A stretch of DNA of 64,000 nucleotides. Origin: Octopus vulgaris. Lineage: Eukaryota. The stretch covers positions 32,364,001-32,428,000 of the forward strand of contig OX597838.1 in the NCBI GenBank assembly GCA_951406725.2, written 5' to 3'. Below are positions 25,514-38,157 of the stretch, piece by piece; the stretch's first letter is position 1, and every line of letters begins with the position of its first letter. The position numbers and the translations under genes are program-made. A model generated the notes under the pieces. The model saw only the letters and a program-made list of their open reading frames with translations. It made no database searches and was not told the DNA's origin.

Positions 25514-27666
25514 TAGATAGATAGATATATGTACAAAGATATATTTATAAATATATAATTACTGGTTGTAGCAGAAATTTTAGAGAAAATTAGATTGCCA
25601 ATCTAGGCCTTTCAGTCAGTATTTGAGATAGACCTTGAATAAAAGTCTGTAGTCTCTGTGTAGTAGTATATATTCCATCATCTTCCTCTTAATTTCGCCT
25701 TTTAGCAGAAACAGGGCGAAAATAATTAAAGACTTTCTTTTATTGTAAGAAATCAATTCTCTTAGCGTATGGAAGAAGGAATTAAGGGTTAAACGAAGCA
25801 CATGTGCACTCACACATATTAATGTTCACCAACGTAATCTTCCATACTTCCAGCTAGTTCCAATATTTGGGGGGAGAGAGAAAGAAACAGAGAGGGGAAA
25901 GAGAGACAGAAGCTTTCTTATGTTCTACCATTCCGTCGATTTGGTGGAGTCGAACTGTCAATGCATACACACATTGATATTGTATACGTAATTTCTAGGA
26001 GAAAGGTCTCCATTCGGGTGTGTAAAGGTGGCCCTGTCGACTGGGAAAAAAATCGGGGCTAGAGGGGGGACCTTTAGAGATATAAAAAAAATATGACAGA
26101 AAGGTCATTATGCTGATATCTCAAATCGGAGAACGATTGTTATCCCCTTTCGTCGACAATCGTATATGTCCCTGTTTGTGTCATGGATCCAAACAGCTTC
26201 CATCTAAGCTGGCTCTAAATCTAATCAAAGAAGCAAGCATCTATTTTCTGTATTATCGACATTATTATATATTCTGGAGAAATTTCTTGAAAATCTCCCT
26301 CGCGAAACGGAATTGTTTGTAACCTCGGGATATTCGTCTTTATATTTTATAATAATTGTTTATCTGTCGGATGCATCATTATTTCAAAACGAAGCTTGGA
26401 GGAAAATCTAAATTTATGAGAACTGAATTCAAATTATTTAAAAAGAAAAGAAATATTGAACGAAAGAGAAAAAAACTAAAAGAAAAAACAAACGGAGAAC
26501 CACCTAAAAACAGTCTACCAAAATATTTCAAAAGCTAACCTTTCCTTAAATTTGTGAAACCTACAGATATATTTAATACCATTATTACTTAATTATTGCT
26601 ATTATTACTTATTATTGCTATTGTTATTATTATTATTACTTCAATTTGTTGTTGGATGTGATGTAAATGGTTTTATTTTACAAGATATTTCTCTCTGATT
26701 TCCCCCCGCCCAAAAATTGAAGCTAATTAAAACATTGGTCTAAAAAGCTAACTAACCTCTTGTTAACTATTAAGATCATTCGTGAAAAAAATATTTTTTC
26801 GTCCCGTTGGCTGTGAAGAGAGAAATAAGGAAGTAATCAGTGTCTACAGACTTACTGCTACACACACACGCGCATACACAAAGATAGATATATACATATA
26901 TATAAAGATTGTATATATATATATAAAGATTTTATATATATATATATACATATATATATATACGTGTGTGTGTTACGTTGGAGGTTATCGCTGAGCTGTG
27001 GTTTTATTAAAAAAAAAACAATTCGACTTTGGAGAGATGGAAGTAAGACCGCTAAAGAAGCAGTAACGATTTTTTTTTAAAGAATTGGAGGAATTTTATT
27101 TGCAGGAGTAAAATAACGGGCAAAGTGGTGACATAACTGAGAATATAAAATAGAGATTTCATGTAAATTTCACGAAAAATCAAACCGGGAAGTGAGGGAG
27201 ACGTAGAACAGTTGTCATTAACTTGCAAGTGCACGGAGAGAGAGAGAAGAAATATAGTAATTAGTATAAGGGAGGGATAAATAATTGAGGTAGAGAGGGT
27301 GAGAAATAAAAGGGAGAAATGCGGGGAATGGTAAGAGGAAGTTGATGCAGTGTAGAAGAAGTGGCAAAGTAGTAGTAGTAAAGTAGACGTCTGGAAGAGC
27401 GAGTAGATCGAGTGAGGAAGGTGCAGGTGAAAAGGGAGAAGGAAGAGGTTACTAGGAGAAGAAGGGGAGAACTGAAAGTAGAGGTGAGAGGGGGAAAGAA
27501 CATTGTTAGAGGAGCGAAGCAAAACAGAAAGTTTTTCCTTCTCTTTTTTTCCCCTCATTTTTCTCCCCCTTTTTTTTTCCAATTTTTTCCCTAACTAACA
27601 ATTAAGATCAAATCAAGGAACAAAGTAAGAAAGTCTACGAGAAAGAAGACAGAACAAACAGGCAAA
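23150..27666 (+). promoter_or_regulatory. Putative promoter / 5' UTR region of the PKC gene
   Basis: About 4.5 kb lacking the SINE/LINE families that saturate the rest of the window, with visibly more CpG, directly upstream of the ATG. The transcription start was not located. Confidence 0.45.
24325..24680. repeat. AT-rich low-complexity (TA/TAA) tract
   Basis: Direct reading. Confidence 0.95.
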
Positions 27667-27993
27667 ATGGTCTACTTTAGTGGATCTCTCAAACTGATGG
27701 TGCTGGAAGCGAAAGATTTACGGCCAACGGACTTCGCGACCAGACACCAAATGAACAAGCTAACCCAAATAGACCCTTACATTTCTATAGACATAGATGA
27801 CGTCCTAATTGCCCGGACTCAGTCCAAATCAAAGACCAACAGACCGGTATGGAACGAAAATTTCCAGACAGAGGTGCACAACGGCCAAATCATTGGACTA
27901 ACAGTTTTCCACGATGCTGCAATACCTCCGGACGAATTTGTCGCTAATTGCTTTTTACCACTGGAGGAATTCAAGACGAACCCCGACAGCTGG
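27667..27993 (+). CDS. PRKCE: Novel protein kinase C (epsilon/eta class, Aplysia Apl II-like), first coding exon, N-terminal C2 domain (109 aa)
   Basis: MVYFSGSLKL..EAKDLRPTDF..DPYISIDID..WNENFQTEVHNGQ.IGLTVFHDAAIPPDEFVANC matches the nPKC-epsilon C2 domain. Upstream in-frame stop at 27592-27594, ATG context aaaATGG, and phase-0 donor TGG|GTAAGT at 27993/27994. Confidence 0.93.
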
Positions 27994-28272
27994 GTAAGTC
28001 AATTCTCTTCACATTATATTCCTAAAACATTACATCGATGCACATAAACACATACATGTGCATTTTTGTTGACTACATTTTACAATTTTTAAAAATCTTT
28101 CATTTTTTTTTCTTCCCCGATTCCTTCTTTGTTTTTTTCTCTTCTTTCTTTTATTAATTTTTTTTTTTTCCTTATCTTATATTCTTCATTCCATAATTTC
28201 ATTCTCTGGGGCGAAAATGTCGCCAGATTCTTGCAGATTCTATTATTTTATTACATAAATACACACATACAT

Positions 28273-28274
<2 letters not shown>

Positions 28275-28322
<48 letters not shown>

Positions 28323-28394
28323 AACTGATATCCCATAGTGGGTTACCCTCATAAACCCTATCTTACTTTGTACTATATATATATATATATATTA

Positions 28395-28445
<51 letters not shown>

Positions 28446-28960
28446 ATATATATGTATGTATATATGTATGTATATATGTATGTGTATATGTATGTATATA
28501 TGTATATGTATATATATATATGTATATATATATATGTATATATATATATGTATATATATATATATGTATATATATGTATATATATGTATGTATATATGTG
28601 TATATATGTATATATATGTATATATATATATATGTATATATATATGTATATATGTGTATATATATATGTATGTATATATGTATATATATATTTATATATA
28701 TATGTATATATATATATTTATATATATATGTATGTATATATATGTATATATGTATATATGTATATATATATATGTATATATATATGTATATATATATGTA
28801 TGTATATATGTATGTATATATGTATATATATATGTATATATATATATATATATGTATGTGTATATTGGATAACTGATATCCCATAGTGGGTTACCCTCAT
28901 AACCCCTATCTCACTTTGTACTATATATATATATATGTATATATATATGTATGTATATTA
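28275..28960. repeat. (TA)n/(TATG)n tract bracketed by a ~59-bp direct duplication
   Basis: tattggataactgatatcccatagtgggttaccctcat... at 28315-28373 and 28863-28922. Confidence 0.9.
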
Positions 28961-29990
28961 AAGTTATTTGTTGATGATGCCTTGCAGTTCTTTCTCTCTG
29001 TTCTTCTGTTCTGTTCTGTTCTCTTATAACATATTCTTCTGATTGTTGCTTCAAAGCCAAATCTATGTTTGGTGGTGCCGTTTGGATTTACAAGACGATA
29101 TATCATCAGAATAGAAGAATGTAACAGAGAATAGTAGTTGCACAGTACAAGGGAATCGTGGATGCTGGTGTTTTCAGTTTGGCATTGATAGTCGGATAGC
29201 TGACGTAAACATGTAATTATAAGAGTGTGTGTGTGTGTGTGTCTATATATATATGTGTGTGTATATATATATATACACACACACACACACATATATATAT
29301 ATACACACACACACATACACATATATATATATATAAGTATATATAATGTTCTCATAGGCAAAAAGGAATAATGAAATATGATTATGCGTTTTTCCGCGAA
29401 TATCTGTGTATTTATGTAAATATACGTATGTGTATGTACAGATATATATATATATATATATACATGTATGTATATATATATATGCGTTTATTTAAATGTA
29501 TGTATATTTGTAGCTGTTCATACATATGAATGAATGTATATATGTATATGTAAACAGATATGCTAGTATATCTATGTAATGTGTGTTTGGGTGCGCGTAT
29601 ATACGTCTCTCTGTATCTCTCTCTCTCTCTCTATCTATCTATCTATATATATATATATATGCACGCATATACATATATAAAAATATGTATTTATGTGCGT
29701 GCGTGTGTACATAAATATATTTAAAGAGATGTATATCAATCTACATGCATGTGTGTGTGTATGTGCGTGTGTACATATATATTCGCTCATCTATACATTT
29801 ATAAAATGTGTGTATATATATATATATATATACACACGCGTATCTCTCTACGTAGATATATCTGTAATATGCATTTGTGTTTACGTATATATCTATAACT
29901 ACATATATCTATATGTGTATATATGTATGTCTTTGTATGTTATATATGTGTATGTATGTACGTGTATATGTGTATATCTATATATATTTG

Positions 29991-30048
<58 letters not shown>

Positions 30049-30183
30049 TGTGCTTATATATATGCGTATGTATACTATGTAGTTTTATACATACATGTTT
30101 ATATGTGTATGTATGTGTATATATATATATATATACACACACACACAGATGCTTATGTATATGTTTATTATATACACATGTAT

Positions 30184-30215
<32 letters not shown>

Positions 30216-30294
30216 CTTTACGTAATATGTAGGTATATGTTTGTGTAGTATATATATATACCTACACACATATATGCATATTTATGCATTTCTC

Positions 30295-30347
<53 letters not shown>

Positions 30348-31017
30348 GTGCATTTACATTTATATGTGTTTATGCATATATGTGTGTATTTATTTGTATC
30401 CATGTATATACTATCTATATAGAAGATATATATTTATATGTAGTATATATTTCCACTGCATTACAAACGTTCACTTTACCACGCCTGCATGGGTTAGACG
30501 CAATTCGTCGAAGCAGATTTTTCTACGGATGTCCTTTCTTCCCGTTTGCTGTCCCTCACTCTTTTCCCCCGGGAAGGTGATATTTCTGCGTGGCCAGACG
30601 TGGAACATTAGAAAAACGAACGGCACCTTTTGTGCAACGGTGATACTTGTTGTACAACTGTAGCATGATGTCAAGACAAGGACACACACACACACACAAT
30701 GGGCTTCTTTCAGCTCCCAGCTGCCAAGATCCCTTCAAAGTTTTCGTTAACCCAGGACTGTCATAAGAAATACATCTGCCCAAGGTACCTTGCAACAGGA
30801 CAAAACCTGAAACCGAATGGTAGCGTAGTGAGCATCTTAACCATACATACATCCCATACATAATACATACATATACATATATATGTACATGTATGTATAT
30901 ATACACTCATACACAAACATATGCATGCATACACATCTGTGTATAAATATGTCTCCCCACCTCTATATATATGTGTATATAAATTTATACATACGTACTT
31001 ATGTATGTCTGTGTCTA

Positions 31018-31048
<31 letters not shown>

Positions 31049-31220
31049 CTTTGGCTATATATATTTATGTATATATGCATATTTATTTATTTGTTACTTT
31101 TATATATATGTGTGTACATTATATATATATATATATATTCATCTACGTGTATGTATTTATATATGTATATACATATGTATCTGTTGTATATATGTGTGTG
31201 TATGTTTGAATCTTTATACC

Positions 31221-31254
<34 letters not shown>

Positions 31255-31462
31255 CCAGAGTAAACACATAAATGTGAAACAAGGTGGATAAAAGAGTACT
31301 CAAATACCAGGGGTAGAGTAATATGCTTTATTTAAAAGCAGCAGAAAATTCAACAAAACCTGTTACTCGGAGTTTCACGTTCCCGTCGGACTGTCCGACA
31401 AACGGGAACGTGAAACTCAGAGTAACAGGTTTTCTTGAATTTTCTGCTGCTTTTAAATAAAG

Positions 31463-31464
<2 letters not shown>
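31255..31464. mobile_element. (TA)n-embedded foldback element with minimal hammerhead-like motif
   Basis: Inverted repeat 31324-31464. Plus strand 31391-31428 reads cugu-CCGACAA-acg(GGAA)cgu-GAAA-cucagag-UA-acag. Confidence 0.65.
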
Positions 31465-31518
<54 letters not shown>

Positions 31519-32394
31519 TTCGAAGCTCTTTGTATCCTTAGATCACAGGGCTAGGTTGGGGAGGGCGAATGATAATCCCTTAAGTGGCCACGTAAACCAC
31601 TCCTTGAAGGATAGGCTCAGGGGCACTTGGTGCAGATATGTAGGATCTGGTCAAATGGAGTTTGTTTTCTGATGGTGACTCTTCCTTTCCTTAGTGCTCC
31701 TCATCCACTGCTGGTGTTCTGGCCTTCTCAAAGATGCTTGCGGATGTCTGGATGCTGTTTCACCTCACTAACCTCTGTGCTGCCACTTACCTTCCACTCT
31801 GTGGAGACTGTCCCTGCCTAGGTAGGCTGGCATTTCGGATTGTCTTTGACCAAAGACCATGTATATGTTGGCTGTGTGGTAAGAAGATTGCTTCCCAACC
31901 ACATGATTCTGGGTTCAGTCCCACTGTGTGTCACCTTGGGCAAGTATCTGCTATAGCTGTGGGCTGCCCAAGGCTTTGTGAATGGATTTTGTTTACTGAA
32001 ACTGAAAGAAGCCTGTCATATGTGTGTGTGTGTATGTGTGTGTTTTTAAGGTCTGTATTTAAACCCCTTCACCTCACTGCTTGAAAACCAGTGTTAGTCT
32101 GTTTACGTTCATGTAACTTAGCGGTTCAGCGAAAGACTCCAACAGAATAAGTGCCAGGTACTGAGGTCAATTCATTTGATTAGAAATTCTTCAGGAGGTT
32201 GCTCCAGCTTGGCTGCAGTCTAATGACTGGAACAAGTAAAAGACAAAAGGAAAGAGATATATTATATACATACATGCATATGCTCTCACACATACGCACA
32301 CACACACATATATACACACATATACATATATACATATAACCCATGCCAGTATGGAAAACAGACGTTAAAGGATGATAATACACATATATGAACA

Positions 32395-32554
32395 TATATA
32401 TGTGCGTGTGTTTATATATATATATATGTATGTATGTATATATATATGTATGTATATATATATATGTATGTATATATATATATGTATGTATATGTATGTA
32501 TATATGTATGTATATATGTATGTATGTATATGTATGTATATATATATATGTATG

Positions 32555-32643
<89 letters not shown>

Positions 32644-33123
32644 GTATATATATATGTATATATATATGTATGTATGTATGTATATATGTATGTATGTATG
32701 TATATATGTATGTATGTATATATATATGTATGTATGTATATGTATGTATGTATGTATATATGTATATATGTATGTATATATATATGTATGTATGTATATA
32801 TGTATGTATGTATATATATATGTATGTATGTATATATATATGTATGTATATATATATGTATGCATATATGTATGTATATATATATATGTATGTATATATG
32901 TATATATATATGTATGTATGTATATATGTATGTATATATATATATGTATATATATATGTATGTATATATATGTACCTGCCTTCATCTTTTGTTTATTTTC
33001 ATAAAGCTTCCCATATATATATGTATGTATATACATGTATGTATATATATATATATGTATGTATATATATATGTATATATATATATATATATATGTATGT
33101 ATATATATATATATATATATATA
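32395..33123. repeat. (TA)n/(TATG)n microsatellite
   Basis: Direct reading. Confidence 0.95.
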
Positions 33124-33363
33124 TCATCATCATCATCGTTTAACATCCACTTTCCATGCTGGCAAGGGTTGGACGGTTTGGCTGAGGACTGGCGAGCCAG
33201 ATGGCTGCACCAGGCTCCAATCTTGATCTGGCAGAGTTTCTACAGCTGGATGCTCTTCCTAACGCCAACCACTCTGAGGGTGTAGTGGGTGCTTTTACGT
33301 GCCACCGGCACTCAGACAGTACTGGCAGTGGCCACACTCAAAAGGTGCTTTTTATATGCCACC

Positions 33364-33447
<84 letters not shown>

Positions 33448-33598
33448 TGAAACAACTTGTTTTATAAGAATATATATAGAGAGAGAGAGAGAGGAGGAGA
33501 GAGTGAAACAACTTGTTTTATAAGACCATCACATTCTGTTGGCAAATAAGCTATATACATATATATTTACACAAACAATATATATATATACATGTTCA

Positions 33599-33639
<41 letters not shown>

Positions 33640-33778
33640 CAATCAACATATGGACATATATATATACACACACACACAAACATATAGATATATAAGCAAA
33701 AACATATATTTATACATACACACACATATATATGCAAATTTAGTTATATACATAACTATCTATCTCTCTCTCTGTCTG

Positions 33779-33844
<66 letters not shown>

Positions 33845-33951
33845 TATTGACATATATAAAAATCTACCTCAACAAAATAGAACGCGACCCATGTGAGCAT
33901 GGAAAAATGGTTGTGAAAATGATGCTGCAAATGATGTATATCTATCTATCC

Positions 33952-33983
<32 letters not shown>

Positions 33984-34464
33984 ATTTTTTTTTCTACAGT
34001 TTGATGCCCTTTCTATCACCAACCGTTAGCTGTTTCCTGGTAAGGTCCTATTTCCCTATGACCAGACATGATTTTATTGAAGAATTGGAATGCAGAACAC
34101 TGTTTTTATGATACACACATTTGTTTCGACGTTCTTTATGGCAAACCAGCCTAATTAAATTAAATTAAATTTAATCAAGTCAATCTACCAAGTCTCATTG
34201 GTAAAGAAGCCAGGAGGAATAGATATACACGAGGCATCAGCATTTGTGCCTCGGGAATATATACCCTAAATTTTCAATATATATCCTAAAGTTTACGTCC
34301 CTGTCACTAGCGGTTCGGCAAAAGAGACCGATAGAATAAGTACTGGGCTTACAAAGAATAAGTCCCAGGTTCGATTTGCTCGACTAAAGGTGGTGCTCCA
34401 GCATGGGCGCAGTCAAATGACTGAAACAAGTAAAAGAGTAAAAAAAAAGAGTAAAGAGTATGTA

Positions 34465-34507
<43 letters not shown>

Positions 34508-35027
34508 TCTTTTCACTTGTTTCAGTCAGTGGACTGCAACCATCCTGGAACACACCTTTGTATGTTTTGTTAAGCAAATAGATATGAACAACACTTACTT
34601 ATTCTATCATTGTTATTCACCAAATTGCTAAGTTACAGAGTTATAAACAAAGTAACCTGGTTTATCAAGCAATATGAGGATATACACCAACACACACATC
34701 CATACATGAACATGCACACACATGTGTGTATGTGTGTGGATGCATATCTTTTGTTTCTTCCAATCTTCCATGAAAACATGTCTGGTCATGGGGAATATTC
34801 TCTTTCTCAGCAACAGTTGAGTGTTGGTGACTAGAAGAGCATCCCGCTTTAGAAAATTCACCTCTACAAATTCTGTCTGTCCCATGCAAGCACAGGAGAA
34901 TGTATGTAAAAATGATGATCGTCACTTAGCGGTTCGGCAAAAGAGACCGATAGAATAAGTACTGGGCTTACAAAGAATAAGTCCCAGGGTCGATTTGCTC
35001 GATTAAAGGCGAAACAAGTAAAAGAAT

Positions 35028-35063
<36 letters not shown>

Positions 35064-35091
35064 GGTTTGGAGATGATGTACAGGTATTTTT

Positions 35092-35282
35092 TATTAGAAG
35101 AAATGAGGTACTCAGAAATTTGGCTGGTTTTATATTTACAGATATTTATTTGTATATTACATGTTTTTATACGTCATATAACTTATATCATATATCATAT
35201 ATTAGCGCTTTAGTCCATTTTGGTGTTTTTAATTTGAAATATAAAACCATCCAAATTTCTGAGTACCTCATTTCTTCTAATA
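35092..35282. repeat. 46-bp inverted repeat element between (TA)n tracts
   Basis: Arms at 35092-35137 and 35237-35282 with one mismatch. Confidence 0.85.
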
Positions 35283-35342
<60 letters not shown>

Positions 35343-35405
35343 ATCCAAACAAGAAAGCTCAAAAAAACACAACAACGCGATTGGACTGCGTAACCTTGCA
35401 ACCTT

Positions 35406-35524
35406 GCTTACAGCTACTAGGTTCCTCAAATGGTCACCCATCTAAGTGCTAATCAGGCTCAATAGTGCTTAACTTCACTGATCAGAAAAGAACCAGCAGA
35501 TTCAATGTTATATGGCAGTAAGAC
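35406..35524 (-). pseudogene. 5S rRNA pseudogene (or head of a 5S-derived SINE)
   Basis: 119 nt. Reverse complement gtcttactgccata...tgatcagtgaagttaagca...ttagcacttagatgggtgacc...gctgtaagc aligns end to end with metazoan 5S, with many substitutions. Confidence 0.85.
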
Positions 35525-35641
35525 AATAAATATATGTGTTTGTATGTATATATTTAAATATGTTTGTAGTGACATACATGTATATTTGATTATACATATA
35601 AATGTATACATGTTTTGTATGTATATGTGTGTGTATATATA

Positions 35642-35873
35642 TTTCTTTACTGCCCACAAGGGGCTAAACATAGAGGGAACAAACAAGGACAGACAAAGGG
35701 ATTAAGTCGATTACATCGACCCCTAGTACGAAACTGGTACTTTATTTATCGACCCCGAAAGGATGAAAGGCAAAGTTGACCTTGGCGGAATTTGAACTCA
35801 GAACGTAGCGGCAGATGAAATACCGCTAAGCGTTTCGCCCGGTGTGCTAACATTTCTACCAGCTCACCGCCTT
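35642..35873 (-). mobile_element. SINE family B
   Basis: Reverse copy of 10050-10282. Confidence 0.85.
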
Positions 35874-35913
35874 ATGTGTGTGTATATATGTTACATGTAA
35901 AACTGTATATATT

Positions 35914-35968
<55 letters not shown>

Positions 35969-36096
35969 AGTCCACCAAAAATTTAGATTCAAATGAATAT
36001 GGTACTTAATTTAGATGCACCAGAATTTTGTATGGTGTTATCCATAAAAATCCGTGGGGTGATTATTATCAAAATAAGCAACAAGAATGACTCCGG

Positions 36097-36189
36097 TAAT
36101 TTGGTACGATCGTTTTGTACTACATCATTTTATTAAATGTTGTAAGTATTACAACAGATTTAAGATGCTGAGTACTCATCAGCCAATTA
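36097..36189 (-). ncRNA. Type-I hammerhead motif with G12A core mutation, in a (TA)n-anchored insert (~35968-36260)
   Basis: uugg-CUGAUGA-guacu...aguac-[A]AAAC-gauc-GUA-ccaa, with palindromic ACGAUCGU stem III. Confidence 0.7.
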
Positions 36190-36751
36190 TAGAGGTTTTC
36201 CATTAATACAAAAATTTTCAAATCAAGTGGCAACATTATAAAGTAGATATATAGACAAAGATGTGGATTTAAATTTTAAGAACATGACTAAGATATGGTT
36301 GTTCCTGACTGAGCATATATATATGCACATACAGATTTTGAGGTGCAGGTGTGGCTGTGTGGTAAGAACTTCACTTGCTTCCCAAGCATATACTTTCTGG
36401 TTCAATCCCAGTGCATGGTACCTTGAGGTGACTAAAACCTTGTGAGTCAGTTTGGTAAAGAGAAACTGAAAGTAGCTCATCATATATATCCTTTTCTTTT
36501 ACTTGTTTCAGCCATTTGACTGCAGCCATGCTGGAGCACCACCTTGAAGGGTTTTGGTCGAATAAATCGACCCCAGGACTTATTTTTCTTAAAGCCTAGT
36601 ACTTATTCTATTGGTTTATTTTGCTGAACTGCTAGGTTGTTGGGAGGCGTTCGCACACCAATATCAGTTGTCAAGCAGTAATGGGGTACAAACATAGATA
36701 CAATGACACACACACATAAATATATACATACTTATATATATATAAATATTA

Positions 36752-36806
<55 letters not shown>

Positions 36807-37043
36807 GAGAAGCTTCTTTCAGTTTCCACCTACCAAATCCACTCAGAAGGCTTTGATTGGCCTGAGGCTATAATGGAATACACATGCTCAAGGTACCATA
36901 CAGTGGGACTGAACCCAGAACCATATGGTTGGGAAGTGAACGTCTTACCACACAGCCAAGCCCTATATATATTTGTGTCTGTGTGTGTGTGTTTATACAT
37001 ATATGCACATGTTATATATATATACATACATATATGCACTTGT

Positions 37044-37074
<31 letters not shown>

Positions 37075-37256
37075 GATATGCACTTGTTATATATATATAC
37101 ACATATAGATATGTACATGTTATATATATATATGTAGATATGTACATGTTATATATATATATATGTAGATATGCACATGTTATATATGTATATGTAGATA
37201 TGCACATGTTATATATATATGTATATACACATGTGATATATATATGTGTGTGCCAG

Positions 37257-37296
<40 letters not shown>

Positions 37297-37553
37297 GAGG
37301 GAGATAAATTGAATATTAATTTAATTAATATCAATTTAAAACCAGTAGCCTAGCGTATAAAAAATCTGAAAAATCAGAAAAAATTTCAATACACATGTAT
37401 ATTTAGGGATAAGCCACTAGGTGGATAACTATAGGCTAGAAGATCACATATGATCTAACTACAAATAAAAAAATGTTCTCCAGAGAAAATTCAGCGAACA
37501 CCAGAACATAAGCGGGCAAGACAGATGAAAATTATATAAAAAATCAAGAATTA

Positions 37554-37627
37554 ATCGTATACCTGTTTCGTCATTACCGAATAAATTACTTACGTAATCC
37601 TTCGTCCGCAGAACTCGTCAGTACGAT
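37554..37627 (-). ncRNA. Type-I hammerhead ribozyme motif inside an inverted-repeat element (37293-37760)
   Basis: AUCGUA-CUGACGA-guu...gac-GAAAC-ag-GUA-UACGAU with a perfect 6-bp stem I. A 34-bp inverted repeat spans 37395-37428 / 37727-37760. Confidence 0.78.
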
Positions 37628-38157
37628 CGTTCCAATTTAATATAATTTGCAAAACTAAACACTAGTTGTCCATATAAAACTAGACATGTGCTTAGTTCTA
37701 CCGATTATATTGGGGTTAATTTCAAATTATCCACCTAGTGGTTTATCCCTAAATATACATATATATATAATAAATTAATAAATAAAACATATGCATATAT
37801 ACATACATATATGTATGTACCTACCTCTACGTGTATATATACATGCATATATGGGTACAGGACACCAAAAAAACATCGAACACAATGAGAAACGAAAACA
37901 TAAACACAAAAACAAGGAAATGGACATTACTTTTAAACAACGAAAAAATAGAGTACAGGACATACAAAACAAGGAAAATTCCCCTTCTTCAGTTGCCTTA
38001 GTTTAATCTACTCCACGTTTCTAAGGTCAGGGCGATACATGGCTTCAATAAAACTTTCCTTCCCGCGAAAATCAAATTAAATAAAATTTGAGATTTTTTT
38101 TTGCGGAGGGGTAAAAATGGTAACAAAAACAGATGTGTGTGTGTGTGTATATATATA

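Noticed and set aside
27052-27594. ORFs over the purine/pyrimidine tract upstream of PKC
   Set aside because: Low-complexity translations with no recognisable domain.
27994-28047. C-terminal extension of the PKC ORF (VSQFSSHYIPKTLHRCT)
   Set aside because: It is read-through past a consensus GTAAGT donor and has no PKC similarity.
37986-37992. CUGAAGA (minus strand) in another TA-embedded insert
   Set aside because: No downstream GAAA or stems in hammerhead register.
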